DNA from: an uncultured Acidimicrobiia bacterium
GTDB lineage: Bacteria; Actinomycetota; Acidimicrobiia; IMCC26256; JAENVU01
Length of the DNA: 64,000 bases
Direction: 5' to 3'
Assembly (NCBI GenBank): GCA_963752335.1
Contig: CAVVXW010000003.1
Span: forward strand, 183,187-247,186
Position 1 is the first letter of the stretch, and every line of letters begins with the position of its first letter. Both the position numbers and the translations under genes were made by a program. Positions 47,216 through 62,482 of the stretch are shown here, piece after piece. The notes under the pieces were generated by a model, which saw nothing but the letters and a program-made list of their open reading frames with translations, searched no databases and was not told where the DNA came from.

Positions 47216-48034
47216 ATGACTGACGACGACTTCACGGATCCCGCCGCGCCCGCAGCCGACGACGACGCTGGTTCGCGTGCCGACATCCCCGGTTCCGATC
47301 CGGACCCCGACCCCGACCCGTCACCCGGTCCGGACGCGCCCGCGGACGCGTCCCGCGACTCGATCGAGTCCACCGAGGACGAGACGGTGGTGGTGGAGGA
47401 GGTCGTGCTCCCCGCCGATGCGGAGATGGTCGAGGTCGATGCGGACGAGGACGACGACGAACCCGTCGTCGCCGAGCCGAGCCCGTACGACCGCCCCGGC
47501 CGGTGGTACGTGGTGCACACCTACGCGGGCTACGAGAACAAGGTGAAGCAGAACCTGGCCAGCCGGGTCCGCTCGATGAATGTCGAGGAGCGGATCTTCG
47601 AGGTCGTCATCCCGATGGAAGACGTCATCGAGTTCAAGAACGGCCGCAAGGTCGTGGTCCAGAAGAAGGTCTGGCCGGGGTATCTCCTGATCCGCATGGG
47701 CCTCGACGACGACTCGTGGTACGTCGTGCGCAACACCCCCGGTGTCACCGGATTCGTGGGCAGTGGCGCGAAGCCGACCCCGCTGACCCGGCGTGAGGTC
47801 GAGGAGTGGCTGGGCAAGGGTGAGACACCCGAGGGCGTGCAGGAGAAGAAGGTCCGGCCGCGGCTCGAGTACGAGATCAGCGAACAGGTTCGGGTCACCT
47901 CGGGTCCGTTCGCCGACTTCAACGGTGCGATCAGCGAGATCGACGTCGACCGCTCGAAGCTCAAGGTGCTCGTCAACATCTTCGGCCGCGAGACCCCGGT
48001 CGAGCTCGAGTTCGGCCAGGTGGCCAAGCTGTAG
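47216..48034 (+). CDS. nusG: transcription termination/antitermination factor NusG, with a long acidic N-terminal extension
   Basis: ORF 47216..48034. NGN domain [14 protein letters not shown]; KOW domain [19 protein letters not shown]. Confidence 0.93.
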   Translation: MTDDDFTDPAAPAADDDAGSRADIPGSDPDPDPDPSPGPDAPADASRDSIESTEDETVVVEEVVLPADAEMVEVDADEDDDEPVVAEPSPYDRPGRWYVVHTYAGYENKVKQNLASRVRSMNVEERIFEVVIPMEDVIEFKNGRKVVVQKKVWPGYLLIRMGLDDDSWYVVRNTPGVTGFVGSGAKPTPLTRREVEEWLGKGETPEGVQEKKVRPRLEYEISEQVRVTSGPFADFNGAISEIDVDRSKLKVLVNIFGRETPVELEFGQVAKL

Positions 48035-48153
48035 CAAGCGTCACGGGCGCCCGGGTGTTCCCGGGGGTCCGGGGACCGGGTCGTCCGCACGATGGTCGGA
48101 CCGAGCCCGAACCAAGTCAGATGTCCCGAGACGCGGCCGCGTTCGTCGGGACT

Positions 48154-48260
48154 CGAGCCCGAAGCGTGAGCGGAGGGCGAGCAGCCTCGTAGCGTCCCGG
48201 AGGGCGGCCGCAGGTACCCTGCGGCCGAAGCGAAGAGGCAGAAGAGACGGAGCAATCAAG
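48154..48260 (+). promoter_or_regulatory. structured leader element (family copy) upstream of rplK
   Basis: CGAGCCCGAAGCGTGAGCGGAGGGCGAGCAGCCTCGTAGCGTCCCG, then a 9-bp hairpin GGCCGCAGG-TAC-CCTGCGGCC (48206-48226), then AAGCGAAGAGGC..GACGGAGCAA and the ATG. Confidence 0.55.
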
Positions 48261-48686
48261 ATGGCGAAGAAGAAGCTCGCCGCGGTGGTGAAGATCCAGA
48301 TCCAGGCCGGGGCCGCGACGCCCGCGCCGCCGGTCGGGACGGCACTCGGCCCGCACGGCATCAACATCATGGACTTCTGCAAGGCGTACAACGCCGCGAC
48401 GGAGAACCAGCGGGGTCAGATCATCCCCGTCGACATCTCGATCTACGAGGACCGGACGTTCACCTTCGTCACCAAGACGCCGCCCACGCCGTTCCTGCTC
48501 CGCCAGGCGGCCGGCATCGAGAAGGGCAGCGGCGTCACGCCCCGCGAGAAGGCCGGCAAGGTGACCCGCGCTCAGGTCCAGGCCATCGCCGAGCAGAAGA
48601 TGCCCGACCTCAACGCGATCGACCTCGAAGGTGCCATGGCCCAGGTCGAGGGAACCGCCCGGTCGATGGGCATCGACGTCGTCTGA
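48261..48686 (+). CDS. rplK: 50S ribosomal protein L11
   Basis: Frame of ORF 47793..48686 trimmed to ATG 48261. Begins [44 protein letters not shown]. Confidence 0.93.
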   Translation: MAKKKLAAVVKIQIQAGAATPAPPVGTALGPHGINIMDFCKAYNAATENQRGQIIPVDISIYEDRTFTFVTKTPPTPFLLRQAAGIEKGSGVTPREKAGKVTRAQVQAIAEQKMPDLNAIDLEGAMAQVEGTARSMGIDVV

Positions 48687-48819
48687 AGGACCGACGACCC
48701 GAAGCAGTACTGCACCACCTGCCCGTGGAGGACCTCGCCGCGGGAGCCCAGGAACCCGGAGGGACCGTGACAATCGGCGTCGTAGCGGAGCGGAGACGCC
48801 ACCGAGCTCCGCACGACCC

Positions 48820-48866
48820 GAAGGCAGCGCCGGTATCCCGGCGCCGAGCAAGGAGCGACCGAGAAG
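48820..48866 (+). promoter_or_regulatory. partial leader element (hairpin plus GAGCAA/SD module) upstream of rplA
   Basis: A 7-bp hairpin GCGCCGG-TATC-CCGGCGC (48827-48844) is followed by CGAGCAAGGAGCGACCGAGAAG and the ATG. It has the same apex (GGTATCC) and the same downstream GAGCAA as the tuf unit. Confidence 0.45.
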
Positions 48867-49586
48867 ATGAAGCACGGCAAGAAGTACGCGGATGCCAGCA
48901 AGCGGTTCGACCGCGAGCGGCTGCACGAGCCGGCCGAGGCCATCGACCTGGTCAAGAACCTGGCGCCGGCCAAATTCGACGAGACGGTGGAGGCGGCGTT
49001 CCGTCTCGGCGTCGACCCCCGCAAGGCCGACCAGATGCTGCGGGGCACCGTGTCGCTGCCTCAGGGCACCGGCAAGAGCGTGCGGGTCGCGGTGTTCGCC
49101 AAGGGTGACGCTGCTCGCGCGGCCGAGGAGGCCGGCGCCGACATCGTCGGGGCCGAGGACCTCGTGACCCGGGTCGAGGGCGGCTTCATGGACTTCGACG
49201 TGGCGATCGCGACCCCGGACCTCATGGGCCAGGTGGGCAAGCTCGGGCGCTCGCTCGGTCCCCGCGGGCTGATGCCGAATCCCAAGACCGGCACCGTGAC
49301 CCCCGATGTCGCCAAGGCCGTGGGCGAGTTCAAGGCCGGCAAGGTCGAATACCGCACCGACCGGTACGGCAACGTCCATGTGCCGCTCGGCAAGGTCAGC
49401 TTCGGCGCGGACGCGCTGGTCGACAACTACGTCGCGGTGCACGACGAGCTGATGCGGGCCAAGCCCGCGTCGGCGAAGGGTCGCTACGTGAGGGGCATCA
49501 GCGTCTCGTCGACGATGGGCCCGGGTGTCCGGATCGATCCCGCGCGGAGCCGCCCCGAGGAGCACGCCGGCGGCGCGACCAGCTAG
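48867..49586 (+). CDS. rplA: 50S ribosomal protein L1
   Basis: ORF 48867..49586. Motifs [34 protein letters not shown] and [10 protein letters not shown]. Confidence 0.93.
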   Translation: MKHGKKYADASKRFDRERLHEPAEAIDLVKNLAPAKFDETVEAAFRLGVDPRKADQMLRGTVSLPQGTGKSVRVAVFAKGDAARAAEEAGADIVGAEDLVTRVEGGFMDFDVAIATPDLMGQVGKLGRSLGPRGLMPNPKTGTVTPDVAKAVGEFKAGKVEYRTDRYGNVHVPLGKVSFGADALVDNYVAVHDELMRAKPASAKGRYVRGISVSSTMGPGVRIDPARSRPEEHAGGATS

Positions 49587-49745
49587 GGTCCTGCCCGGAA
49601 ACAGATCTTCTGCCGCAGACCTTCGGTCGCCCTCCGGGGCGGTAATGGGCTCCTGGCCCGCCGGACGAGGCGAACCTGACCGACCCCGCTCGGGTCCGTC
49701 GGCGTCGCATGCGGCCCCGGACCGAGTGAGAGGACGGAAGGACTC
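49587..49745 (+). promoter_or_regulatory. rplJ 5' leader (possible L10-type autoregulatory leader)
   Basis: A 159-nt spacer with short hairpins (CGCCC-TCCG-GGGCG and GACCC-CGCTC-GGGTC) in the position where L10(L12)4-binding leaders occur in other bacteria. No covariance-model search was possible. Confidence 0.3.
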
Positions 49746-50399
49746 GTGGCCAGACCCGAGAAGGTGGCGGTCGTCACCGAGATCCGCGAGCGGCTCGCCG
49801 ACGCCGACGCGACCGTGTTGACCGAGTACCGGGGTCTCAAGGTGAGCGAGCTCGCGACGCTGCGCGGCTCTCTGCGTCCGGCCGGCACGGACTTCAAGAT
49901 CTACAAGAACAGTCTCGCCCGGCGCGCGGTGGAGGAGGCCGGGCTCGGCGATCTCATCCCGTTGCTCCAGGGCCCGACCGCGATCGCGTTCGTCAGGGGC
50001 GACGCCGTCATCGCGGCCAAGGCGCTGCGGGACTTCGGCCGGACCAACCAGGCGCTGGTGGTCAAGGGAGGCCTGCTCGGCACCAAGGTTCTCGTCGCGT
50101 CCGATGTCGCCGCGCTCGCCGACATCGCCCCGCGCGACGAGCTCCTCGCCCGGCTGGCCGGGGGATTCCAGGCACCGATGGTCAAGGCGGCGGGCCTGTT
50201 CCAGGCGTTCACCCGGAACATGGCCTACGGCCTCAAGGCCCTGATCGACGAGCGGATCAGCGCCGGGGAACCAGCACCGGGACCCGAGGCCGAGCCGGCC
50301 GCGGAATCCGAGGCCGAGACCGACACCGAGTCCGACTCCGAGACGGCGGCCGAGACCGAGACCGACACCGAATCCGACGCTCCCGCGTCGGACGACTGA
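49746..50399 (+). CDS. rplJ: 50S ribosomal protein L10, with an acidic low-complexity C-terminal tail
   Basis: ORF 49746..50399 (GTG start). Motif LTEYRGLKVSELATLRGSLR. The tail reads EPAPGPEAEPAAESEAETDTESDSETAAETETDTESDAPASDD. Confidence 0.92.
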   Translation: MARPEKVAVVTEIRERLADADATVLTEYRGLKVSELATLRGSLRPAGTDFKIYKNSLARRAVEEAGLGDLIPLLQGPTAIAFVRGDAVIAAKALRDFGRTNQALVVKGGLLGTKVLVASDVAALADIAPRDELLARLAGGFQAPMVKAAGLFQAFTRNMAYGLKALIDERISAGEPAPGPEAEPAAESEAETDTESDSETAAETETDTESDAPASDD

Positions 50400-50426
50400 T
50401 CTGACCAAGAGAAAAGGGACACCGAA

Positions 50427-50816
50427 ATGGCGATGAGCACCGACGAGCTCCTGGACGTCTTCAAGAACATGACCGTCCTCGAGCTGAACGAGTTCCTCAA
50501 GGCGTTCGAGGACGAGTTCGGCGTGACCGCAGCCGCCCCCGTGGCGGTCGCAGCGGTCGGAGCCGCTCCGGCGGCCGGCGGCGAGGCAGCCGCAGCCGAG
50601 GAGAAGGACGAGTTCGACGTGGTCCTGGCCGCGGCCGGGGACAAGAAGATCCAGGTCATCAAGGAGGTCCGCGCGCTCACGAGCCTCGGGCTGAAGGAGG
50701 CCAAGGAGCTGGTCGACAACGCACCGAAGCCCGTGCTCGAGAAGGCGTCCAAGGAGGACGCCGAGAAGGCCAAGTCGGCGCTCGAAGGCGCCGGCGCCAC
50801 CGTCGAGCTCAAGTAA
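50427..50816 (+). CDS. rplL: 50S ribosomal protein L7/L12
   Basis: ORF 50427..50816. An Ala-rich hinge is followed by [24 protein letters not shown]...[15 protein letters not shown]. Confidence 0.95.
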   Translation: MAMSTDELLDVFKNMTVLELNEFLKAFEDEFGVTAAAPVAVAAVGAAPAAGGEAAAAEEKDEFDVVLAAAGDKKIQVIKEVRALTSLGLKEAKELVDNAPKPVLEKASKEDAEKAKSALEGAGATVELK

Positions 50817-50865
50817 TCCAGCACGACTTGCCAGGGGTTCTCGCCCCTTCGGGCAATCGAGATCC

Positions 50866-50901
50866 TTGACCTGCCGGGGGAGGATTTGTATCCTCCCCCG
50901 G
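50866..50901 (+). promoter_or_regulatory. candidate rpoB promoter (TTGACC-17 nt-TATCCT) overlapping a perfect 12-bp-stem palindrome
   Basis: TTGACC at 50866-50871 and TATCCT at 50889-50894. The inverted repeat CCGGGGGAGGAT-ttgt-ATCCTCCCCCGG spans 50874-50901. This is the rplL-rpoB spacer, where attenuators and promoters are known in other bacteria. Confidence 0.35.
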
Positions 50902-51067
50902 TCTGGCGGCACCCTCCGGGTGACCGCCTGGACTGGTGTGCTTGAAGACTCGTGCGCGCGGCGGTTATGATCCGCCGAGCCGTGTCGATCTGCCCGTTCC
51001 ACCCCTGGTTCTCCCTGGTGTCGGTTCGCGCGCGCCCGCACACGCCCTTCAACCTCGAGGAGTTGCG

Positions 51068-54000
51068 TTGACTCGTCTCGCGTCCCGGGAGCGTTACTCG
51101 TTCGGTCAGCTCCGTGAGGTGCTGGCCCTTCCCGACCTCATCGCCGTCCAGCGTGAGTCCTTCCAGTGGTTCCTCGAGCAGGGGGTCGCGGAGGTGCTGC
51201 GCGACATCTCGCCGATCGAGGACTTCACCGGTCAGCTCAAGCTCGAGCTGTCCGACCACGTCTTCGACCCGCCCAAGCACTCCGAGGACGAGTGCCGCGA
51301 GCGCGACATGACGTTCGCGCGGCCGCTCTTCGTGACCGCCCGGTTCATGAACGCGGGCACGGGCGAGATCAAGGAGCAGACGGTCTTCATGGGCGACTTC
51401 CCCATGATGACGGCGCGGGGCACGTTCATCATCAACGGCACCGAGCGGATCGTCGTCAGCCAGCTCGTGCGGTCACCCGGTGTGTACTTCGACGTGACGC
51501 CGGACAAGACCTCGCCGGAGAAGGACATCGTCAGCGCCAAGATGATCCCCGGCCGTGGTGCCTGGCTCGAGTTCGAGGTCGACAAGAAGAACGTCGTCTA
51601 CGTCCGCATCGACCGCAAGCGCAAGCAGCCGGTGACGGTGCTCCTGAAGGCGCTGGGGCTGGGCGAGACCGAGGAGGAGCTGCTCAACCTCATCGTCGAT
51701 CCCCAGGGTCGCCCGTACGACTCGATGCGCAACACGCTCGACAAGGACTCGACCGAGGACGCCGACGCGGCGTTCATCGACATCTACCGGAAGCTGCGTC
51801 CCGGCGAGCCGCCCACTCCCGACAGCGCGCGGAGCCTCATCGAGAACCTCTTCTTCAACCCGAAGCGCTACGACATGGCCAAGGTCGGACGCCACAAGGT
51901 CACGAAGAAGCTGGGCGACGAGTACCCGAAGGTCGCGGCGACCTTGAAGCGTCTCGACATCCCGGTGCCCAACGCCGATCCGGACGCCGGTCCCGTCGAG
52001 TACACGATGAGTCGGGCCGACATCCTCTCGACCGTCAGCTACCTCGTGAAGCTGCACGCCAACGACCAGCCCAACGACTACTTCCCCGACGACATCGACC
52101 ACTTCGGCAACCGGCGCGTGCGCTCGGTCGGTGAGTTGATCATGAACCAGGTCCGGGTCGGCCTCTCGCGGATGGAGCGCGTCGTGCGGGAGCGCATGAC
52201 GACCCAGGACGTCGAGGCGATCACGCCCCAGACGCTGATCAACATCCGCCCGGTCGTCGCCGCGATCAAGGAGTTCTTCGGCTCGAGCCAGCTCAGCCAG
52301 TTCATGGACCAGACCAACCCGCTCGCGGGGCTGACGCACAAGCGTCGCCTCTCGGCGCTGGGCCCGGGTGGGCTCTCCCGTGAGCGTGCGGGCTTCGAGG
52401 TCCGTGACGTGCACCCGAGCCACTACGGCCGGATGTGCCCCATCGAGACGCCCGAGGGTCCGAACATCGGCCTGATCGGCTACCTCTCGTGCTACGCGCG
52501 CATCAACCGCTTCGGGTTCATCGAGACGCCGTACCGGCTGGTGCGGAAGGGAGTGGTCACCGACACGATCCACTACCTCGCGGCCGACGACGAGGACCGC
52601 AACGTCATCGCCCAGGCCAACGCCGTGATCGACGAGAACGGCCGGTTCGTGAACGAGAAGGTGCTCGTGCGCGCCGGGCGCGGCGAGGTCGCGTACGTCA
52701 CACCGGACGAGGTCGACTACATGGACGTCTCGCCGAAGCAGATGGTGTCGGTCGCCACCGCGCTCATCCCGTTCCTCGAGCACGACGATGCCAACCGTGC
52801 CCTCATGGGTGCGAACATGCAGCGCCAGGCCGTCCCGACCCTGCGACCGGAGGCCCCGTACATCGGGACCGGAGTGGAGGCCCGGGCCGCGCGGGACGCC
52901 GGTGAGCTGGTCATCGCCGAGGGCGAGGGCACGGTCACCGAGGTCAACGGCTCCGCGATCACGGTCGCATACGACCACGCCGCCAAGCCGGTGACGTACC
53001 GCCTGTCGAAGTTCCGCCGCTCGAACCAGGGCACCTGCATCAATCAGAAGGCTCTGGTGAAGGCGGGCGATCCCGTCGCCGAGGGAGACGTCCTCGCCGA
53101 CGGCCCCTCGACCCATCAGGGCGAGCTCGCCCTCGGGAAGAACCTGTTGGTCGCGTTCATCCCCTGGAAGGGCCACAACTTCGAGGACGCGATCGTCCTC
53201 TCGCAGCGACTCGTGCGCGACGACGTCCTCACGTCGATCCACATCGAGGAGCACGAGATCGACGCCCGCGACACCAAGCTCGGCGCCGAGGAGATCACCC
53301 GGGACATCCCGAACCTCTCCGAGGACATCCTGAAGGACCTCGACGAGCGCGGCATCATCCGCATCGGGGCCGAGGTCGGGGCCGGCGACGTGCTGGTCGG
53401 CAAGGTCACGCCGAAGGGCGAGACCGAGCTCACGCCGGAGGAGCGCCTCCTGCGCGCGATCTTCGGTGAGAAGGCGCGCGAGGTCCGTGACACGTCGCTC
53501 AAGGTCCCCCACGGGGAGAACGGCAAGGTCATCGACGTCCGCGTGTTCAGCCGTGACGACGGCGACGAGCTGCCGCCGGGCGTGAACCAGCTGGTGCGCG
53601 TCTACGTCGGCCAGAAGCGCAAGATCAGCGAGGGCGACAAGCTCGCCGGTCGCCACGGCAACAAGGGTGTGATCTCCAAGATCCTGCCGGTCGAGGACAT
53701 GCCCCACCTCGCCGACGGCACGCCCGTCGACATCGTGCTGAATCCCCTCGGTGTGCCGAGCCGCATGAACGTGGGTCAGGTCCTCGAGGCCCACCTCGGC
53801 TACGCCGCCCGGCACGGGTGGGAGGGCCAGGGCACCGCGCCCGCGAACCCCCGCAAGACCCGGCCCATCACGGAACCGGCGGTGTGGGTGAACACCCCTG
53901 TCTTCGACGGTGCCCACTGGGACGAGAGCGAGGACGCCGGCCAGCACGGCACGATCCGGGACCTCTTCGCGAACCTCCACGCGGACGGCGCGAACGGCGC

Positions 54001-54559
54001 CCACCTCGTGAACACCGAGGGCAAGGCCACCCTCTACGACGGTCGCACGGGTGAGCCCTACGACAGCCCGGTCACCGTCGGGTACATGTACATCCTGAAG
54101 CTCAGCCACCTCGTGGACGACAAGATCCACGCCCGGTCCACCGGCCCGTACTCGATGATCACCCAGCAGCCGCTGGGTGGGAAGGCGCAGTTCGGCGGTC
54201 AGCGGTTCGGCGAGATGGAGGTGTGGGCGCTCGAGGCCTACGGGGCCAGCTACGCCCTCCAGGAGATTCTCACGATCAAGTCCGACGACGTGCTCGGGCG
54301 GGTCAAGGTCTACGAGGCGATCGTCAAGGGCGAGAACATCCCCGAGCCGGGAATCCCCGAGAGCTTCAAGGTGCTCATCAAGGAGATGCAGGCGCTCTGC
54401 CTCAACGTCAAGGTCATCGACGAGGAGGGTGCCGAGATCGTGATCCGCGAGCTCGACGAGGACGCCTTCCGCACCACCGAGGCGCTCGGCATCGACCTGA
54501 GTCGGCCCGAGCGCGGCACCGACGAGGAAGACGAGGCCCGTCGGAACTCGATGCCGTGA
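51068..54559 (+). CDS. rpoB: DNA-directed RNA polymerase subunit beta
   Basis: Frame of ORF 50936..54559. The start is placed at TTG 51068, 5 nt after GAGGAG. Motifs [29 protein letters not shown] and [16 protein letters not shown]. Confidence 0.93.
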   Translation: MTRLASRERYSFGQLREVLALPDLIAVQRESFQWFLEQGVAEVLRDISPIEDFTGQLKLELSDHVFDPPKHSEDECRERDMTFARPLFVTARFMNAGTGEIKEQTVFMGDFPMMTARGTFIINGTERIVVSQLVRSPGVYFDVTPDKTSPEKDIVSAKMIPGRGAWLEFEVDKKNVVYVRIDRKRKQPVTVLLKALGLGETEEELLNLIVDPQGRPYDSMRNTLDKDSTEDADAAFIDIYRKLRPGEPPTPDSARSLIENLFFNPKRYDMAKVGRHKVTKKLGDEYPKVAATLKRLDIPVPNADPDAGPVEYTMSRADILSTVSYLVKLHANDQPNDYFPDDIDHFGNRRVRSVGELIMNQVRVGLSRMERVVRERMTTQDVEAITPQTLINIRPVVAAIKEFFGSSQLSQFMDQTNPLAGLTHKRRLSALGPGGLSRERAGFEVRDVHPSHYGRMCPIETPEGPNIGLIGYLSCYARINRFGFIETPYRLVRKGVVTDTIHYLAADDEDRNVIAQANAVIDENGRFVNEKVLVRAGRGEVAYVTPDEVDYMDVSPKQMVSVATALIPFLEHDDANRALMGANMQRQAVPTLRPEAPYIGTGVEARAARDAGELVIAEGEGTVTEVNGSAITVAYDHAAKPVTYRLSKFRRSNQGTCINQKALVKAGDPVAEGDVLADGPSTHQGELALGKNLLVAFIPWKGHNFEDAIVLSQRLVRDDVLTSIHIEEHEIDARDTKLGAEEITRDIPNLSEDILKDLDERGIIRIGAEVGAGDVLVGKVTPKGETELTPEERLLRAIFGEKAREVRDTSLKVPHGENGKVIDVRVFSRDDGDELPPGVNQLVRVYVGQKRKISEGDKLAGRHGNKGVISKILPVEDMPHLADGTPVDIVLNPLGVPSRMNVGQVLEAHLGYAARHGWEGQGTAPANPRKTRPITEPAVWVNTPVFDGAHWDESEDAGQHGTIRDLFANLHADGANGAHLVNTEGKATLYDGRTGEPYDSPVTVGYMYILKLSHLVDDKIHARSTGPYSMITQQPLGGKAQFGGQRFGEMEVWALEAYGASYALQEILTIKSDDVLGRVKVYEAIVKGENIPEPGIPESFKVLIKEMQALCLNVKVIDEEGAEIVIRELDEDAFRTTEALGIDLSRPERGTDEEDEARRNSMP

Positions 54560-54606
54560 CCCGAACCACCCCCGCGCAGATCCGAACCACAGAGAAGAGG
54601 CACTAG

Positions 54607-58782
<4,176 letters not shown>

Positions 58783-58847
58783 CCCGGACGCGGCGTTCCG
58801 ATCGGGGAGCTGCCCCGCTCGGGACGCCAGTTCCGGTCGAGAAGAGT

Positions 58848-58877
58848 TTGTCCGAAGGCCCGGCGAGCGCCTAGCCT
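58848..58877 (+). promoter_or_regulatory. candidate rpsL (str operon) promoter (TTGTCC-18 nt-TAGCCT)
   Basis: Hexamers found by eye in the 195-nt rpoC-rpsL spacer. The -10 fits TANNNT. Confidence 0.25.
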
Positions 58878-58977
58878 TCGACGGTTTGCGCGGTCGATCG
58901 GCCGCGCAGGCCGGTGTCGCCTCGCGGCGCCGACGTTCACGAGGGCCGTCTCGGGGCCCCCAACCAGCAGGAGAGCT

Positions 58978-59346
58978 GTGCCCACGATCGCCCAGCTGGT
59001 CCGCAAGGGCCGCGAGAGCAAGACGGACAAGTCGAAGACACCGGCGCTGAAGGGCTCGCCCCAGCGGCGTGGTGTCTGCACGCGCGTCTTCACCACCACC
59101 CCGAAGAAGCCGAACTCGGCGCTGCGGAAGGTGGCGAGGGTCCGGCTCACCACCGGCGTCGAGGTCACCGCGTACATTCCCGGCATCGGCCACAACCTCC
59201 AGGAACACTCGATCGTGCTCGTACGCGGCGGCCGGGTGAAGGACCTGCCGGGCGTCCGTTACAAGATCATCCGCGGCGCGCTCGACGCGAGCGGCGTCGC
59301 CAACCGCAAGCAGGCCCGTAGTCGCTACGGCGCCAAGAAGGGTTAG
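58978..59346 (+). CDS. rpsL: 30S ribosomal protein S12
   Basis: ORF 58978..59346 (GTG start). Begins [12 protein letters not shown] and contains [17 protein letters not shown]. Confidence 0.95.
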   Translation: MPTIAQLVRKGRESKTDKSKTPALKGSPQRRGVCTRVFTTTPKKPNSALRKVARVRLTTGVEVTAYIPGIGHNLQEHSIVLVRGGRVKDLPGVRYKIIRGALDASGVANRKQARSRYGAKKG

Positions 59347-59348
59347 TC

Positions 59349-59819
59349 GTGCCTCGCAAGGGACCTGCCCCCCGGCGGGAGCTGCTGCCCGATCCCGTGC
59401 ACCGCTCGGTGGTCGTGACCCAGCTCGTCAACAAGGTGCTCCAGGAGGGCAAGCGGTCGACGGCCGAGCGGATCGTCTACGACGCGCTCACCGAGATCGA
59501 GCGCAAGACCGGCGGCGACCCGATCCCGACGTTGAAGCGAGCGGTCGAGAACGTCCGCCCCGTGCTCGAGGTGAAGTCGCGGCGTGTCGGTGGCGCCACC
59601 TATCAGGTCCCGGTCGAGGTCCGCCCGCGGCGGGCCACCACCCTGGCCATCCGTTGGTTGGTCGGGTACTCGCGTCAGCGGCGGGAGAAGTCGATGGCGG
59701 GGCGACTCGCCGCCGAGCTGATGGACGCGAGCAACGGGCTCGGTGCCGCGATCAAGCGCAAGGACGACCTGCAGAAGATGGCGGAATCGAACAAGGCGTT
59801 CGCGCACTACCGCTGGTGA
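59349..59819 (+). CDS. rpsG: 30S ribosomal protein S7
   Basis: ORF 59349..59819 (GTG start). Begins [16 protein letters not shown] and contains [16 protein letters not shown]. Confidence 0.95.
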   Translation: MPRKGPAPRRELLPDPVHRSVVVTQLVNKVLQEGKRSTAERIVYDALTEIERKTGGDPIPTLKRAVENVRPVLEVKSRRVGGATYQVPVEVRPRRATTLAIRWLVGYSRQRREKSMAGRLAAELMDASNGLGAAIKRKDDLQKMAESNKAFAHYRW

Positions 59820-59828
59820 TTGCTCCGG

Positions 59829-59950
59829 GTGTGGGTGCCCGACGCCGGCATCCGCCCAGTCGCTCGGTCATGCGCTCGCTGCGCTCGCGAGCTCGCTTGG
59901 TGGACGGATGCCGACGCCGGCCTTGGGCCGGACGCGACATCGCGGGCACC
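59829..59950 (+). promoter_or_regulatory. long nested-stem structure in the rpsG-fusA spacer
   Basis: GGTGCCCG (59834-59841) pairs with CGGGCACC (59943-59950). GGCATCCG (59847-59854) pairs with CGGATGCC (59905-59912). The central palindrome is GCTCGCGAGC (59883-59892). The direct repeat CCGACGCCGGC occurs twice. Confidence 0.4.
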
Positions 59951-59977
59951 TCGTAGGTAGAGGAAGAGAAGAAGGAC

Positions 59978-62077
<2,100 letters not shown>

Positions 62078-62124
62078 TCCGGCGCCCGGTCCCCCAGAGA
62101 TCAGTTGGTCGGCCACTTCGCGTG

Positions 62125-62469
62125 CCGAGCAACGAAGGCAACAACAAGACAGCACGATGCGGTCGGTGTGACCCGAGCCCGAAGCGAAGGCGGAGGGCGA
62201 GCCGCGGAGTGAGTGGCCGCGAGGCGGGTATCCCGCCGAGCAACGAAGGCAACAACAAGACAGCACGATGCGGTCGGTGTGACCCGAGCCCGAAGCGAAG
62301 GCGGAGGGCGAGCCGCGGAGTGAGTGGCCGCGAGGCGGGTATCCCGCCGAGCAACGAAGGCAACAACAAGACAGCACGATGCGGTCGGTGTGACCCGAGC
62401 CCGAAGCGAAGGCGGAGGGCGAGCCGCGGAGTGAGTGGCCGCGAGGCGGGTATCCCGCCGAGCAACGAA
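62125..62469. repeat. perfect tandem repeat, 3 x 111 bp plus 12 nt of a fourth copy (tuf leader)
   Basis: The units 62125-62235, 62236-62346 and 62347-62457 read identically when compared base by base. Unit sequence: ccgagcaacgaaggcaacaacaagacagcacgatgcggtcggtgtgacccgagcccgaagcgaaggcggagggcgagccgcggagtgagtggccgcgaggcgggtatcccg. Confidence 0.9.
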
Positions 62470-62482
62470 CGGAGCAAGAGGG

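Noticed and set aside
62156-62170. Mini-ORF ATG CGG TCG GTG TGA (MRSV) present in each repeat unit, considered as a possible leader peptide.
   Set aside because: The nearest SD-like purine run (GAAGG) is about 20 nt upstream, which is too far. The equivalent region of the rplK and rpmG copies does not conserve an ORF.
62125-62469. Possibility that the 111-bp repeats form a CRISPR array.
   Set aside because: The units are directly adjacent with no unique spacers. They are far longer than CRISPR repeats, and there are no cas genes in the window.
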